This document shows, piece by piece, positions 48,023 to 57,416 of a stretch of 64,000 nucleotides of DNA. Under the pieces are notes generated by a model. It was given only the letters and a program-made list of their open reading frames with translations. It was not told the DNA's origin and ran no database searches. The stretch's first letter is position 1, and every line of letters starts with the position of its first letter. The translations under genes and the position numbers were made by a program. Source of the stretch: Myxococcota bacterium (GTDB lineage: Bacteria > Myxococcota_A > UBA9160 > SZUA-336); the NCBI GenBank assembly GCA_965247115.1, contig CBDFGR010000002.1, forward strand, positions 896,001 through 960,000. The letters run 5' to 3'.

Positions 48023-49990
48023 TCAAGCGGCGCCTCGGGTTTGGAGGGTTACGAAGTGGCGGTAGGAGCCGTTTGGGTGAGACATGAGCTGCGCGTGGGA
48101 GCCTGATTCGAGGATGCGGCCGGAGTCGAGGAAGATGATCTGGTCGGCCTGTCGGATTGTCGAGAGGCGGTGCGCGATGACGACGACGGCGCGGTGCAGG
48201 CTCGCGTCTCGCAGCGTGGCGACCAGCTGACGCTCGGTGTCGGGATCGAGGGCCGAGGTCGGCTCATCCAGGATCAGCACCGACGCGTCGCGAACGAGCG
48301 CGCGGGCGATCGAGAGGCGCTGCCTCTGCCCGACCGAGAGCTTCCCCCCTGCCCGTCCGAGCCTGGTCTGGTAACCCTCCGGGAGCTGGCGAATGAACTC
48401 GTGTGCACCAGCGGCTTCGGCTGCGCGCCGGACCTCGGCGTCGCTGGCAGCCGGACTTCCGGTTCGGATGTTCTCCTCCACCGTTGCGTCGAAAAGTACC
48501 GTCTCCTGGAACACGAAGGACACCTGCGAGCGGATCGAGTCGCGCGTTGCGCCCTGGAGATCCGCCCCATCCGCTAGCACCCGACCACGTGTCGGCTCGA
48601 CGAAGCGAGGAATCAGGTAGGCAAACGTTGTCTTGCCCGCACCAGCGGGTCCGACCAGGGCGGTGACCTTGCCGACCGGAACCTCGAGATCGATCCCCCG
48701 CAGCGCCGCAGTGCCGTCCGGATAGTCGAAGCCGACGCCCTCGAACGTGATGCTCCGGCGAATGCGCGAGAGCGTCGACGAGCCGGGCGGGTCCTGTTCG
48801 CCGGGCAGGTCCATCAGAAAGAAGACCCGACTGAGCCCGGGCGCTTCTGCCTGGATCCGGATCCACAGGCGCCCGAGGGCGCCGGAGTAGCCCGCGAGCT
48901 GGAAGTAGTACGTGATCAGCAGGGCGAAGTCCCCCGGGCTCAGCTGCCCACCGATCACGAGGTCCGAGACGCGGAAAAACACGACTCCCCCCAACAGAAA
49001 AGTCCCGCCGAGCACGGCCGCAAGGATCCCGATGACGACCAGCACCACCCCGCGGTACTCGGTAAAGGAGCGCCAGCTGTCCCGGTCGAAGCGGCGCCGC
49101 TCGCGGGCGTTTCCGCCGAGGCTCTGCACGGCCAGGATATTGCTCATGCCCTCTTCGATGGTGGCGGTCGCCTGCGAGCCCGCTGTCCGGCTCTGCTGCA
49201 CGCGCTGACGGATCGAGCCGGTGAACGGGGCCGTCACGAGCAACGCGACCGGCAGAACGGCCAGAGCGGTCCACCAGATCTCGGGATGCGCGCCGAAGGT
49301 CAGCCGCAAAACGAGGACCGTGACTGCGAAGTTCACCACGGTCACGATCGGGGTGAGCAGGATCTGGTAGGACAGTCCTGTGATCGACGGGGTGTCGTAC
49401 ATGACCCGATAGATCGCGTCCCCGACGCGCTCGTCGTCGAAGGAAGTCATGGGCAGGCGCTGGATTCGCTCGTAGAGTCGCGAGCGGTAGTGGTGGTTGA
49501 GCGCCTGCGTGAGCCTCATGGTGAACAGGAAGTCGACAAGCCCGAACAGACCGCCGGCGTAGCTCCAGCCAGCGTTCGCGCTGTTCTCCGTGTTCGTTGC
49601 GGTATCGCGTCCCGCCGCGAGGTCCGCGCTGACGCGGTCGCGCTGAGCCGCGCTCGTACCGAAGGCGCCGACCAGCACGATCAGACCGAGCTGGATGCCG
49701 GCCATCCAGGCGAGCAGGTCGAGCGTGGACGCTCCGTAGAGCGGAGCGAGGAGCGGCTCGATGAAGGGTGGGTGAGGAGTCGTCGGCTGATCCAGGGGCA
49801 CCTTCAGGACAACGTGGTCCACGATGATCTTGACCGGCCAGGCCAGCAGGATGGACACCAGCAGGCTGAGCGAGGTCAGCACGGCCTTGGCCGCGAAACG
49901 CGGGAAGAAGGGCCGGACGTACTGGAAGGCGCGCCTGAAGAGCTGGGTGGCTTCCCGGTTCGAGATGCGCGCGGCGCCTTGCGGGCTCAT
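48023..49990 (-). CDS. ABC exporter, fused TMD-NBD
   Basis: GPAGAGKT, LSVGQRQR, ILDEPT, AHRL. Confidence 0.93.
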   Translation of the reverse strand: MSPQGAARISNREATQLFRRAFQYVRPFFPRFAAKAVLTSLSLLVSILLAWPVKIIVDHVVLKVPLDQPTTPHPPFIEPLLAPLYGASTLDLLAWMAGIQLGLIVLVGAFGTSAAQRDRVSADLAAGRDTATNTENSANAGWSYAGGLFGLVDFLFTMRLTQALNHHYRSRLYERIQRLPMTSFDDERVGDAIYRVMYDTPSITGLSYQILLTPIVTVVNFAVTVLVLRLTFGAHPEIWWTALAVLPVALLVTAPFTGSIRQRVQQSRTAGSQATATIEEGMSNILAVQSLGGNARERRRFDRDSWRSFTEYRGVVLVVIGILAAVLGGTFLLGGVVFFRVSDLVIGGQLSPGDFALLITYYFQLAGYSGALGRLWIRIQAEAPGLSRVFFLMDLPGEQDPPGSSTLSRIRRSITFEGVGFDYPDGTAALRGIDLEVPVGKVTALVGPAGAGKTTFAYLIPRFVEPTRGRVLADGADLQGATRDSIRSQVSFVFQETVLFDATVEENIRTGSPAASDAEVRRAAEAAGAHEFIRQLPEGYQTRLGRAGGKLSVGQRQRLSIARALVRDASVLILDEPTSALDPDTERQLVATLRDASLHRAVVVIAHRLSTIRQADQIIFLDSGRILESGSHAQLMSHPNGSYRHFVTLQTRGAA

Positions 49991-51933
49991 GCGCTCTCCT
50001 CGAGCTCGACGAGCCTTCGGTACGCACCCCCCTGTCGCTCCACCAGCACGCCGTGCGAGCCCCACTCCACGATCTGGCCCTCCCGCATGTAGGCGATCTG
50101 GTGGGCGCGCCGGATCGTCGAGAGGCGGTGCGTGACCAGGAAGATCGCGCGATCCCGTCCCCACTCCTCCAGGTTACGGAGCACGCGGAGCTCGGTCTCC
50201 GCGTCGAGCGAGGCGGTGGGCTCATCGAGGATGAGGATCGGCGTGTCCTTCAGAACGGCACGCGCGATCGAGATGCGCTGCCGCTGCCCCGTCGAGAGCT
50301 TCGTGCCGCGCTCGCCCAGAAGGGCGTCGTACCCGTCTGGCAGAGCATCGACGAACTCGTCCACGCATGCAACGCGGCCCGCCTCTCGCACCAGCGCATC
50401 ACTGGCCTCGGGCACGGCGTAGCGGATGTTCTCGCGGATGGTGGTCCCGAAGAGCAGGTTCTCCTGCAGCGCGATGCCGATGTTCGCGCGCAGACTCGCG
50501 AGCTTGAGCTCGCGCAGGTCGATGCCGTCGATCTCGATCCGCCCCTCGTCGGGATCGAAGAGGCGGAGCAAGAGCGAGACGAGCGTGGTCTTGCCGGAGC
50601 CAGTGGGTCCGACGATGGCGGTGATCTCGCCGCGCCGCGCGCGCAGGTCGACCTTCTCGAGGACGGGCCGGCCCGTCTCGTAGGCAAAGCTCACACCGCT
50701 GAAGCGAATCTCAGAGGAGAGCGGCTCGAGCTCGCGAGTATCTTCCGCGTCCTCGACCTCTGGCTCGATGTCGAGCACCTCGAAGACGCGATCCAGACCG
50801 ACGGCAACGTCCTGGACCTTCGCCCAGAGCCCGAACAGGCTCTCGACACCTTGCGTCGAGTAGCCCGCGAGCGCCTTGGCCCCGTTGAAGAGTCCGAGGC
50901 TCCAGGCGCTCACCCCAACGGCAGCCAGCACGCGTGTCGAGTAGACGGGCGTGTCCGCCTGGGAGAGCCAGGCCGCCCACGAGCAGACGGCGAGGAGAAC
51001 CCCCCCGGCAATGAAGAACATGAGCACGCCGAATACCCCGTCGAGCCTGCGCGCGCGGAAGGCACGCTCGAAGGCGTGGAGCGAGTCGGACTCGAAGCGG
51101 CGCTGCTCGGCCCGCTCCGCCCCGTACGCCTTGATCACTTTCACTCCCACCAGAGTCTCCTGGATGCGTGACGTCACGGCGCTGTTGGCCTCGCGGGCCC
51201 GCCGGAAGAGTCGACGCAGCGGGTTCGAGAAGCGATAGCCGAGCGCGAACGCGGGAAGGAAGGCCAGGAGCAGTAGCAAGCCCAACCAGGGTGCGAGCAG
51301 CGTGACGACACCGGCCGCCACCACGAACCGAAACAGCTGGTAGATCGGGCGCAGCAGCAGCATGGCGATCACGTTCGTCACCATCGCGCTGTCCTGGTAG
51401 ACGCGATAGATCGAATCCCCGACCCGGGAGTCCGCGTGGAAGCGGAGAGACAGGGTCTGAAAGCGATCCAAGAGCCGCAGACGCAGCACCTGGTTGATGC
51501 GCTGCAGGATCCAGACCTGGTAGTAGACGAGACCCGCGACCAACGGGAAGCCCGCGGCGAAGGCGAGGAAGAGCCCCCAGAACCAGCGGGTTCGAATCGC
51601 CGCCCGAGTCTCCGGACCGAGGCTCTCGACTCCCACCACCGTTCCGGGATCGAGCTGCAGCAGGGTTGCGGTCCAGGGGCTGATCGCTTCTCCGGCCAGT
51701 GTCCCGTTCCAGAGCGCGTCAAAGAACGGAAACAGCAGCGAGACACCACCCAGGGTGAGCGCTCCGGTCGCGCTCGCAAAGAATGCCAGGTGCCACTTGA
51801 CGCTGACGAGCAGCGGGAACGTCCGAGCAAAGATCTGCATGACCACGCCGAAGTCGAGAGAGTCCTCGCGCTCCGATCGTTCGTGCGTGGCGTCGGGGGT
51901 GTGGACCAACGAACGTCCCCTCGTGGCGGGCAT
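49987..51933 (-). CDS. ABC exporter, fused TMD-NBD (probable heterodimer partner)
   Basis: GPTGSGKT, LSTGQRQR, ILDEPT, THRL; ATGA overlap; start uncertain. Confidence 0.92.
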   Translation of the reverse strand: MPATRGRSLVHTPDATHERSEREDSLDFGVVMQIFARTFPLLVSVKWHLAFFASATGALTLGGVSLLFPFFDALWNGTLAGEAISPWTATLLQLDPGTVVGVESLGPETRAAIRTRWFWGLFLAFAAGFPLVAGLVYYQVWILQRINQVLRLRLLDRFQTLSLRFHADSRVGDSIYRVYQDSAMVTNVIAMLLLRPIYQLFRFVVAAGVVTLLAPWLGLLLLLAFLPAFALGYRFSNPLRRLFRRAREANSAVTSRIQETLVGVKVIKAYGAERAEQRRFESDSLHAFERAFRARRLDGVFGVLMFFIAGGVLLAVCSWAAWLSQADTPVYSTRVLAAVGVSAWSLGLFNGAKALAGYSTQGVESLFGLWAKVQDVAVGLDRVFEVLDIEPEVEDAEDTRELEPLSSEIRFSGVSFAYETGRPVLEKVDLRARRGEITAIVGPTGSGKTTLVSLLLRLFDPDEGRIEIDGIDLRELKLASLRANIGIALQENLLFGTTIRENIRYAVPEASDALVREAGRVACVDEFVDALPDGYDALLGERGTKLSTGQRQRISIARAVLKDTPILILDEPTASLDAETELRVLRNLEEWGRDRAIFLVTHRLSTIRRAHQIAYMREGQIVEWGSHGVLVERQGGAYRRLVELEESA

Positions 51934-52065
51934 CCCCGTACGCGCCTCTGCGTCACCCTACCATAGGCCGGCTGGGCGGCCGGAAAAGGAGCTGGAGTTC
52001 GGCTCGCAGGCCTGCCTATGCTGCGTCATATCGCCCGCGAGCCGCGGGCAAAGCAGGAGGGACAC

Positions 52066-52452
52066 ATGCCGAATCCGACCCCCGACGAACGGCCCCCGGT
52101 TGCGATCGGTCACGTGAGGCACGCAGCAAAGAACGTCGCGGAGACCTGCGACTATCTCGTGAAGCTCGGCCTCCGCCACATTCACCAGACCGACAACTTT
52201 GCCGTCCTCGAGCTCCGCGGCGGCACCCACGTGGTGCTGACCGGTACGGAGGAAGCCGTTCCCCGGGGGAGCCAGGCGTCCTTCGATCTGATCGTCGACA
52301 ACATCGAGACGGCCCGGAAGGAGTACGACGCGTTGGGGCTCTCGCCCTCGGAGATCCAGTCTGGTCGGATCCACAGCTCCTTCACGCTTGTAGACCCGAG
52401 CGGCTACTCGATCACGATCAACTCGACGCACGCCGGAGACCGACCGATCTAG
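52066..52452 (+). CDS. VOC/glyoxalase family protein
   Basis: AIGHV, AVLELRGGTH, DPSGY; AGGAGG SD. Confidence 0.85.
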   Translation: MPNPTPDERPPVAIGHVRHAAKNVAETCDYLVKLGLRHIHQTDNFAVLELRGGTHVVLTGTEEAVPRGSQASFDLIVDNIETARKEYDALGLSPSEIQSGRIHSSFTLVDPSGYSITINSTHAGDRPI

Positions 52453-52459
52453 CGCTCAC

Positions 52460-52524
52460 CGATCTGGCTGCTTCAGCTCGATTTGGCTGCTTCAGCTCGA
52501 TTTGGCTGCTTCAGCTCGACCTGG
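52460..52524. repeat. 19-bp tandem repeat, about 3.4 copies
   Basis: CGATYTGGCTGCTTCAGCT x3 plus CGACCTGG. Confidence 0.9.
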
Positions 52525-52545
52525 GGAGTGTCGATAGCGAGGTCG

Positions 52546-53061
52546 ATGACCTACAAGACCCGACGCACGCTGGCGGGCCTGCCGCTGATCCACGTCGCCA
52601 CAGGACGGGTCGAGGACGGGAAGTATCGGCGCGGGATCGCGCGTGGCTGGATCGCGGTCGGAGATGTGTCCTTCGGCGTGCTGCTCTCCATCGGAGGCGC
52701 CGCCTTCGGCGGGGTCGCTCTGGGCGGACTCGGGGTCGGCGTGCTGTCGATCGGTGGGCTCGCGCTGGGAGGCTACGCACTGGGTGGCGCTGCTCTGGCA
52801 GTGGCTGCCTGTGGCGGCGGGGCCATCGGCTGGCAAGCCGCCCTGGGAGGTCTCGCGGTGGCGCGGGAGTACGCCGTCGGCGGGCTGGCGATTGCGGCTC
52901 ACGCGAATGACGCGATCGCCCAGGCCTTCTTCGACGGGAGCCGCTTCTTCAGCGCGGCGGACTTCGTCATGTCGTTCTCACCACTGCTCTTGCTCTGCTT
53001 CGCTCCAGGCGTCTCGCGCTTCCTGATGCGGGGCAGGCAACGGAGGCAGCCGAGCAGCTAG
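52546..53061 (+). CDS. Gly-rich membrane protein
   Basis: GLPLIHVA...ARGWIAVGD.SFG followed by GG.A.G repeats. Confidence 0.75.
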   Translation: MTYKTRRTLAGLPLIHVATGRVEDGKYRRGIARGWIAVGDVSFGVLLSIGGAAFGGVALGGLGVGVLSIGGLALGGYALGGAALAVAACGGGAIGWQAALGGLAVAREYAVGGLAIAAHANDAIAQAFFDGSRFFSAADFVMSFSPLLLLCFAPGVSRFLMRGRQRRQPSS

Positions 53062-53442
53062 CGTGCGCCGTCCGCCGCCAGGCGAACGGCCCGCTCGCAC
53101 ATGGCTCGCGCGCCAGCGCTCGATCTCGTTCTCCATCTGGCTCGTAACGCTACCACTCGGGCGCGCAGCGGTGGGCGTAACTTCTCGCTCCGGGAAGGCG
53201 TACTGGGTGTGGAGCAGTCGGCAGCTGACGGCTGCCCCCGGCGGTGGGGTCCGGGTCGCTTGGAGGGAAGGGCCGGATCCTGCCGCCCCCGGTTTCGAGC
53301 CCTTTCGCGGCGTGTTCGCCCGCTCTACCGCCTGCTTGCCGCCTGTTGATCCCCGCTGCACCCTCGTGACGGCCCCGTGCTCAAGAGATCCGCCTGTCCC
53401 GCCGAATCCACCAGGGTCACAGACAGGCGCGCGGAGGCGATC

Positions 53443-53853
53443 ATGGGAGCACACGGGACATGGCGACGGGCTTGCCGGTCGCTGCCGGTCGGCCTGGCAG
53501 CCCTAGGGCTGTCGGGCTGCATCTACATGGCGCCTCCCAACACCGCCTTTCGATCTCCGGTCGTCACGACGGCGCCGAGCGCGCCTGCAGATGGCTATCG
53601 CCACACGGAGCGCGGTAGTCCGGACATGATCTACGACAGTCGCCTCGGGCTCTACGTGGTACTGGGCTACCCGGACCACTTCCACGATGGCGAGCGCTAC
53701 TACCGCAGGTTCGACGGACGCTGGCAGCGCAGCGCGCAGCTGCACCGGGGCTGGGCAGAGGTTCGGCTCGGCGACGTCCCGCAGGCCCTGCTTGCCGGAT
53801 CGTCCCGCGATCGCTCCCAACCTCCCGCTTCCCCGGCCAACCTCGACTACTGA
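53443..53853 (+). CDS. Hypothetical lipoprotein
   Basis: LSGC lipobox; YDSRLGLYVV.GYP...YYR..GRW. Confidence 0.7.
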   Translation: MGAHGTWRRACRSLPVGLAALGLSGCIYMAPPNTAFRSPVVTTAPSAPADGYRHTERGSPDMIYDSRLGLYVVLGYPDHFHDGERYYRRFDGRWQRSAQLHRGWAEVRLGDVPQALLAGSSRDRSQPPASPANLDY

Positions 53854-53943
53854 TTCCGACCCGCTCCCTGCCCCCGCATCTGCAGCCGCACGTACCCCAC
53901 GCTCTGGTATGCTGCGCGCGGGGGGCTGACGGAGGAGCACAGC

Positions 53944-54837
53944 ATGGATCTGCTTGACGGCCGCGTGGCGATCGTAACCGGCGCAGGCCGCGGAATCGGG
54001 GCCTCACTCGCACGGATCATGGCGGCGGAAGGCTGTGCCGTCGTGGTCAACGACCTCGGCGGACAGGTCGACGGAACCGGCTCAGACAAGGCACCCGCGC
54101 AGACCGTCGTCGACGAGATCGTCGCCGCGGGTGGGACTGCCGTCGCGAACTTCGACGACGTGAGCGATCACAAGGCTGCGGAGAAGATCATCCAGTGCTC
54201 GCTGGACGAGTTCGGGCAGCTCGACGTGCTCGTGAACGTGGCAGGGATCCTGCGCGATCGCATGATCTTCAACATGAGCGAGGAGGAGTGGGATGCGGTC
54301 ATCAACGTCCACCTCAAGGGTACGTTCAACACGTCCAAGTTCGCCGCCATCCAGTGGCGCAAGGAGCGCAAGGGCCACTACCGCCTGATCAACTTCACGT
54401 CCGGATCGGGTCTCTTCGGAGCTCCGGGACAGCCGAACTACGCAGCGGCCAAGCTCGGGATCGTGGGCCTCACCTACTCCTGCGCGAACTCCCTCGGGCC
54501 GTACGGTGTCACGGCGAACGCGATCGGACCGGGCGCCGCCACGCGCATGACCGCCACCGTTCCGGAGCAACGCCGTCGAGGCTTCACGCAGGATCCCGAC
54601 GACCCAGAACGCTCTGCCGATCGGGTGGCTCCCCCCGTCGTGTACATGGCGAGCACGAAGTCGGACTGGCTCAACGGGCGGGTCATCGGCGCCAGCGGCT
54701 TTCGCATGACGCTCTACAGCAACTACGAGGGCATCCGGGAGGTCTCGTCAACCCAGCCGTTCGCGCTCGACGAGGCCTTCGAGCAGATCGAACGCTCGTT
54801 CAAGCCCGTCGTCGAGGGCACGACGCGGTGGGGCTAG
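53944..54837 (+). CDS. SDR (MFE-2/3-hydroxyacyl-CoA dehydrogenase-like)
   Basis: TGAGRGIG, VVVNDLG, AGILRDR, NYAAAK. Confidence 0.93.
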   Translation: MDLLDGRVAIVTGAGRGIGASLARIMAAEGCAVVVNDLGGQVDGTGSDKAPAQTVVDEIVAAGGTAVANFDDVSDHKAAEKIIQCSLDEFGQLDVLVNVAGILRDRMIFNMSEEEWDAVINVHLKGTFNTSKFAAIQWRKERKGHYRLINFTSGSGLFGAPGQPNYAAAKLGIVGLTYSCANSLGPYGVTANAIGPGAATRMTATVPEQRRRGFTQDPDDPERSADRVAPPVVYMASTKSDWLNGRVIGASGFRMTLYSNYEGIREVSSTQPFALDEAFEQIERSFKPVVEGTTRWG

Positions 54838-54841
54838 GCGC

Positions 54842-55396
54842 GTGAGACTGTCGAAGCCGCGGGTAGAGCCGGTCGATGCTGCGGACGTCGAGGGAGAGAG
54901 CAAGGAGCTGCTCGCGCGCGTACAGCGCGAGGATGGAGTCCCGCGCATCTTCCGCACGCTGGTCAGGCATCCGAAGCTCCTCAAGCGTTGGATGGTGTTC
55001 GGAAACCACATACTCGCCAAGTCGACGTTGCCCCCCCGCGAACGCGAGCTCTTGATCCTGCGCATCGGCTGGCTGTGCAAGGCCGAGTACGAGTTCGGAC
55101 AGCACGTGCGCATCGGCCGAAGCGCGGGCTTGAGCGACGAGGAGATCGAACGCATCGGAGTGGGACCGGACGCGCCGGGCTGGAGCTCCGCGGACGCCAC
55201 ACTCCTGCGTGCAGTGGACGAGCTTCACGCCGACGCGTTCATCAGCGACGCCACGTGGCAGGAGCTTGCGCAGCGCTACGAGGTGCCGCAGCTGATGGAC
55301 GTGGTCTTCACCGTCGGCCAGTACAACATGCTCGGCATGGCGTTGAACAGCCTGGGCGTGCAGCCGGAGTCTCCAGTAGACGGCTTTCCGAGGTGA
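54842..55396 (+). CDS. Carboxymuconolactone decarboxylase (AhpD-like) family protein
   Basis: IFRTL.RHP, RERELLILR, EYEFGQH, VGQYN. Confidence 0.88.
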   Translation: MRLSKPRVEPVDAADVEGESKELLARVQREDGVPRIFRTLVRHPKLLKRWMVFGNHILAKSTLPPRERELLILRIGWLCKAEYEFGQHVRIGRSAGLSDEEIERIGVGPDAPGWSSADATLLRAVDELHADAFISDATWQELAQRYEVPQLMDVVFTVGQYNMLGMALNSLGVQPESPVDGFPR

Positions 55397-56268
55397 GCCG
55401 CGGCAGACTGCGAAGCGGCGCTCTCGTGGCGGGCCTTGTCGCGGGCCTCGGCTGTGGTGGAGGCGATGGGGGAACCACTGGCTCCGCCGATGAGGAGTAC
55501 CTGGGCCGCATGGCGGTCGAGCACGCCGAGGACGCACCCGTCGCTAGCAGAGCAGCCAGGACAGAGCCGGCGTCTGCCGTACGCGGAGCTCAGGTCAGGT
55601 ACGCCACGATCGACGGTGCGCCGGTGACAGGCTATCTGGCTCGGCCGGAAGCAAGCGCGGGCCCCCGGGCAGGGATCGTCGTCATCCACGAGTGGTGGGG
55701 CCTGAACGACAACGTGCGCGCGATGGCGGAGCGCCTGGCCGCCGAAGGGTACGCGGCTCTCGCCGTCGATCTGTATCAGGGGGAGTCCGGCGACACGCCG
55801 GAGCGCGCGCGCGAGCTTGCGAGCGCGGCCATGGGAAGGGTGCCGACTCTTCAGGACAATCTTCGCCAGGCGATCGCCCACCTGGAGGGGCAGGTCGGGG
55901 CGAGCCGGATCGGCACGATCGGCTGGTGCTTCGGGGGCGGCTGGTCCCTCGCGGCGGCACTGCAGAACCCGGAGCAGGTGGACGCGACCGTGATCTACTA
56001 CGGGCGGCTCGTCACCGACCCGGAGCAGCTGCAGGTATTGCGCGCGCCCATCCTGGGCCTGTTTGGCGCGGAGGACCGGGGCATTCCCGTCGAGACGGTA
56101 CGCGAGTTCGAGTCCGCGCTACTGGCACTGAACAAGCAAGCGACGGTGTACATCTACGAGGGCGCCAACCACGCGTTCGCGAATCCCTCCGGAACCGCCT
56201 ACCAGGCGGAGGCCGCCGAGGATGCCTGGCAGCACACCCTCCACTTCTTCCGGGAGCACCTGAGCTAG
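55393..56268 (+). CDS. Dienelactone hydrolase family protein (possible lipoprotein)
   Basis: IHEWWGLN, GWCFGG, ED, HAFAN; AGLGC. Confidence 0.9.
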   Translation: MSRGRLRSGALVAGLVAGLGCGGGDGGTTGSADEEYLGRMAVEHAEDAPVASRAARTEPASAVRGAQVRYATIDGAPVTGYLARPEASAGPRAGIVVIHEWWGLNDNVRAMAERLAAEGYAALAVDLYQGESGDTPERARELASAAMGRVPTLQDNLRQAIAHLEGQVGASRIGTIGWCFGGGWSLAAALQNPEQVDATVIYYGRLVTDPEQLQVLRAPILGLFGAEDRGIPVETVREFESALLALNKQATVYIYEGANHAFANPSGTAYQAEAAEDAWQHTLHFFREHLS

Positions 56269-56300
56269 GTCACTCGAGTCGGAGGCTGACTTCTCCCGGC

Positions 56301-57383
56301 TCAGCGGAAGTCGATGACCTGGCGCGCGACCTCGCCCAGCTTCAGGGTATCCATTGCCTCGTTGATGTCGTCGAGCTTGATGTGCGTCGAGATCAGGTCG
56401 TCGAGCCTCAGCTTGCCCGCCAGGTAGAACTCGATGAGACGGGGCATGTCGATGCGGAAGCGGTTGGAGCCCATCCCCGAGCCCGTGAGCTTGCGTTCGC
56501 TCAGGAGCTCGATCCCGTTGACCTCGACCTTGGTTCCCGCCGGGATCATGCCGATCACCACAGCCAGTCCACCAGCGCTCAGCATCCCCCATGCCTGCTC
56601 AGCAGTCTGCTTGAGCCCGATCGCCTCGAAAGCGTAGTCGACGCCACCGGCCGTCATCTCCTTGACCTGCTCGACCACGTCGCCCTCACTCGCGTTCACC
56701 ACGTCGGTGGCGCCGAACTTCCGGGCCAGCTCGAGCTTGGACGCAATGCGGTCGACCGCAATGATGCGACCAGCGCCGGCAATCTCCGCGCCGTTGATTG
56801 CGGACAGCCCCACGCCACCACAGCCGATCACGGCTACCTTCGTCCCGGGTTCCACCTGCGCCGTGCGCAGAGCCGCGCCTGCGCCCGTCGTCACGCCGCA
56901 GCCGATCAGGGCAGCCCGGTCGAGCGGCATGTCGTCGCGGATCTTCACGATCGCGTTCTCGTGCACGAGCATCTGCTCGGCAAAGGACGAGAGGTGGGCG
57001 AACTGGCTGATTGCCTCGCCGTCTTTCGAGAGCCGGGGAGGCTCATCCTCGGCGCGGTCGGTGCCTCGGCCCCCGCAGCGATTCGGGTGTCCGCTCAGGC
57101 AGTGGTGGCACTGACCGCAGAAAACCGAGAGACATGTAATGACGTGATCACCGGGCTGTGCGTACGTTGCGTCCGGTCCCACCTCCTCGACGATGCCCGC
57201 CGACTCGTGGCCCAGCACCACAGGCAGGCGGGCTCGGAACGAGCCTTCCACAAAGTGCAGGTCGCTGTGGCAGACGCCCGCTGCCGCCGTACGGATCACG
57301 ACCTCGCGGCCCTTTGGCTTGCTGATCTGGATGTCCTCGATCTCTTGAGGCGTTCCGATCTCCCGCAGTACCGCTGCTCTCAT
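56301..57383 (-). CDS. Zn-dependent alcohol dehydrogenase (class III-like)
   Basis: GVCHSD, GHE, CGQCHHC..C, GCGGVG. Confidence 0.94.
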   Translation of the reverse strand: MRAAVLREIGTPQEIEDIQISKPKGREVVIRTAAAGVCHSDLHFVEGSFRARLPVVLGHESAGIVEEVGPDATYAQPGDHVITCLSVFCGQCHHCLSGHPNRCGGRGTDRAEDEPPRLSKDGEAISQFAHLSSFAEQMLVHENAIVKIRDDMPLDRAALIGCGVTTGAGAALRTAQVEPGTKVAVIGCGGVGLSAINGAEIAGAGRIIAVDRIASKLELARKFGATDVVNASEGDVVEQVKEMTAGGVDYAFEAIGLKQTAEQAWGMLSAGGLAVVIGMIPAGTKVEVNGIELLSERKLTGSGMGSNRFRIDMPRLIEFYLAGKLRLDDLISTHIKLDDINEAMDTLKLGEVARQVIDFR

Positions 57384-57416
57384 GCGCGACCCTCCTCTTG
57401 GGCTCGATGCAGCCTA

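Noticed and set aside
52460..52524. CRISPR array
   Set aside because: The repeats are contiguous with no spacers and no cas genes.
53063..53440. Possible gene or remnant (minus strand ...AFPEREVTP...QMENEIERWR)
   Set aside because: No recognisable family, start or SD; cannot be supported.
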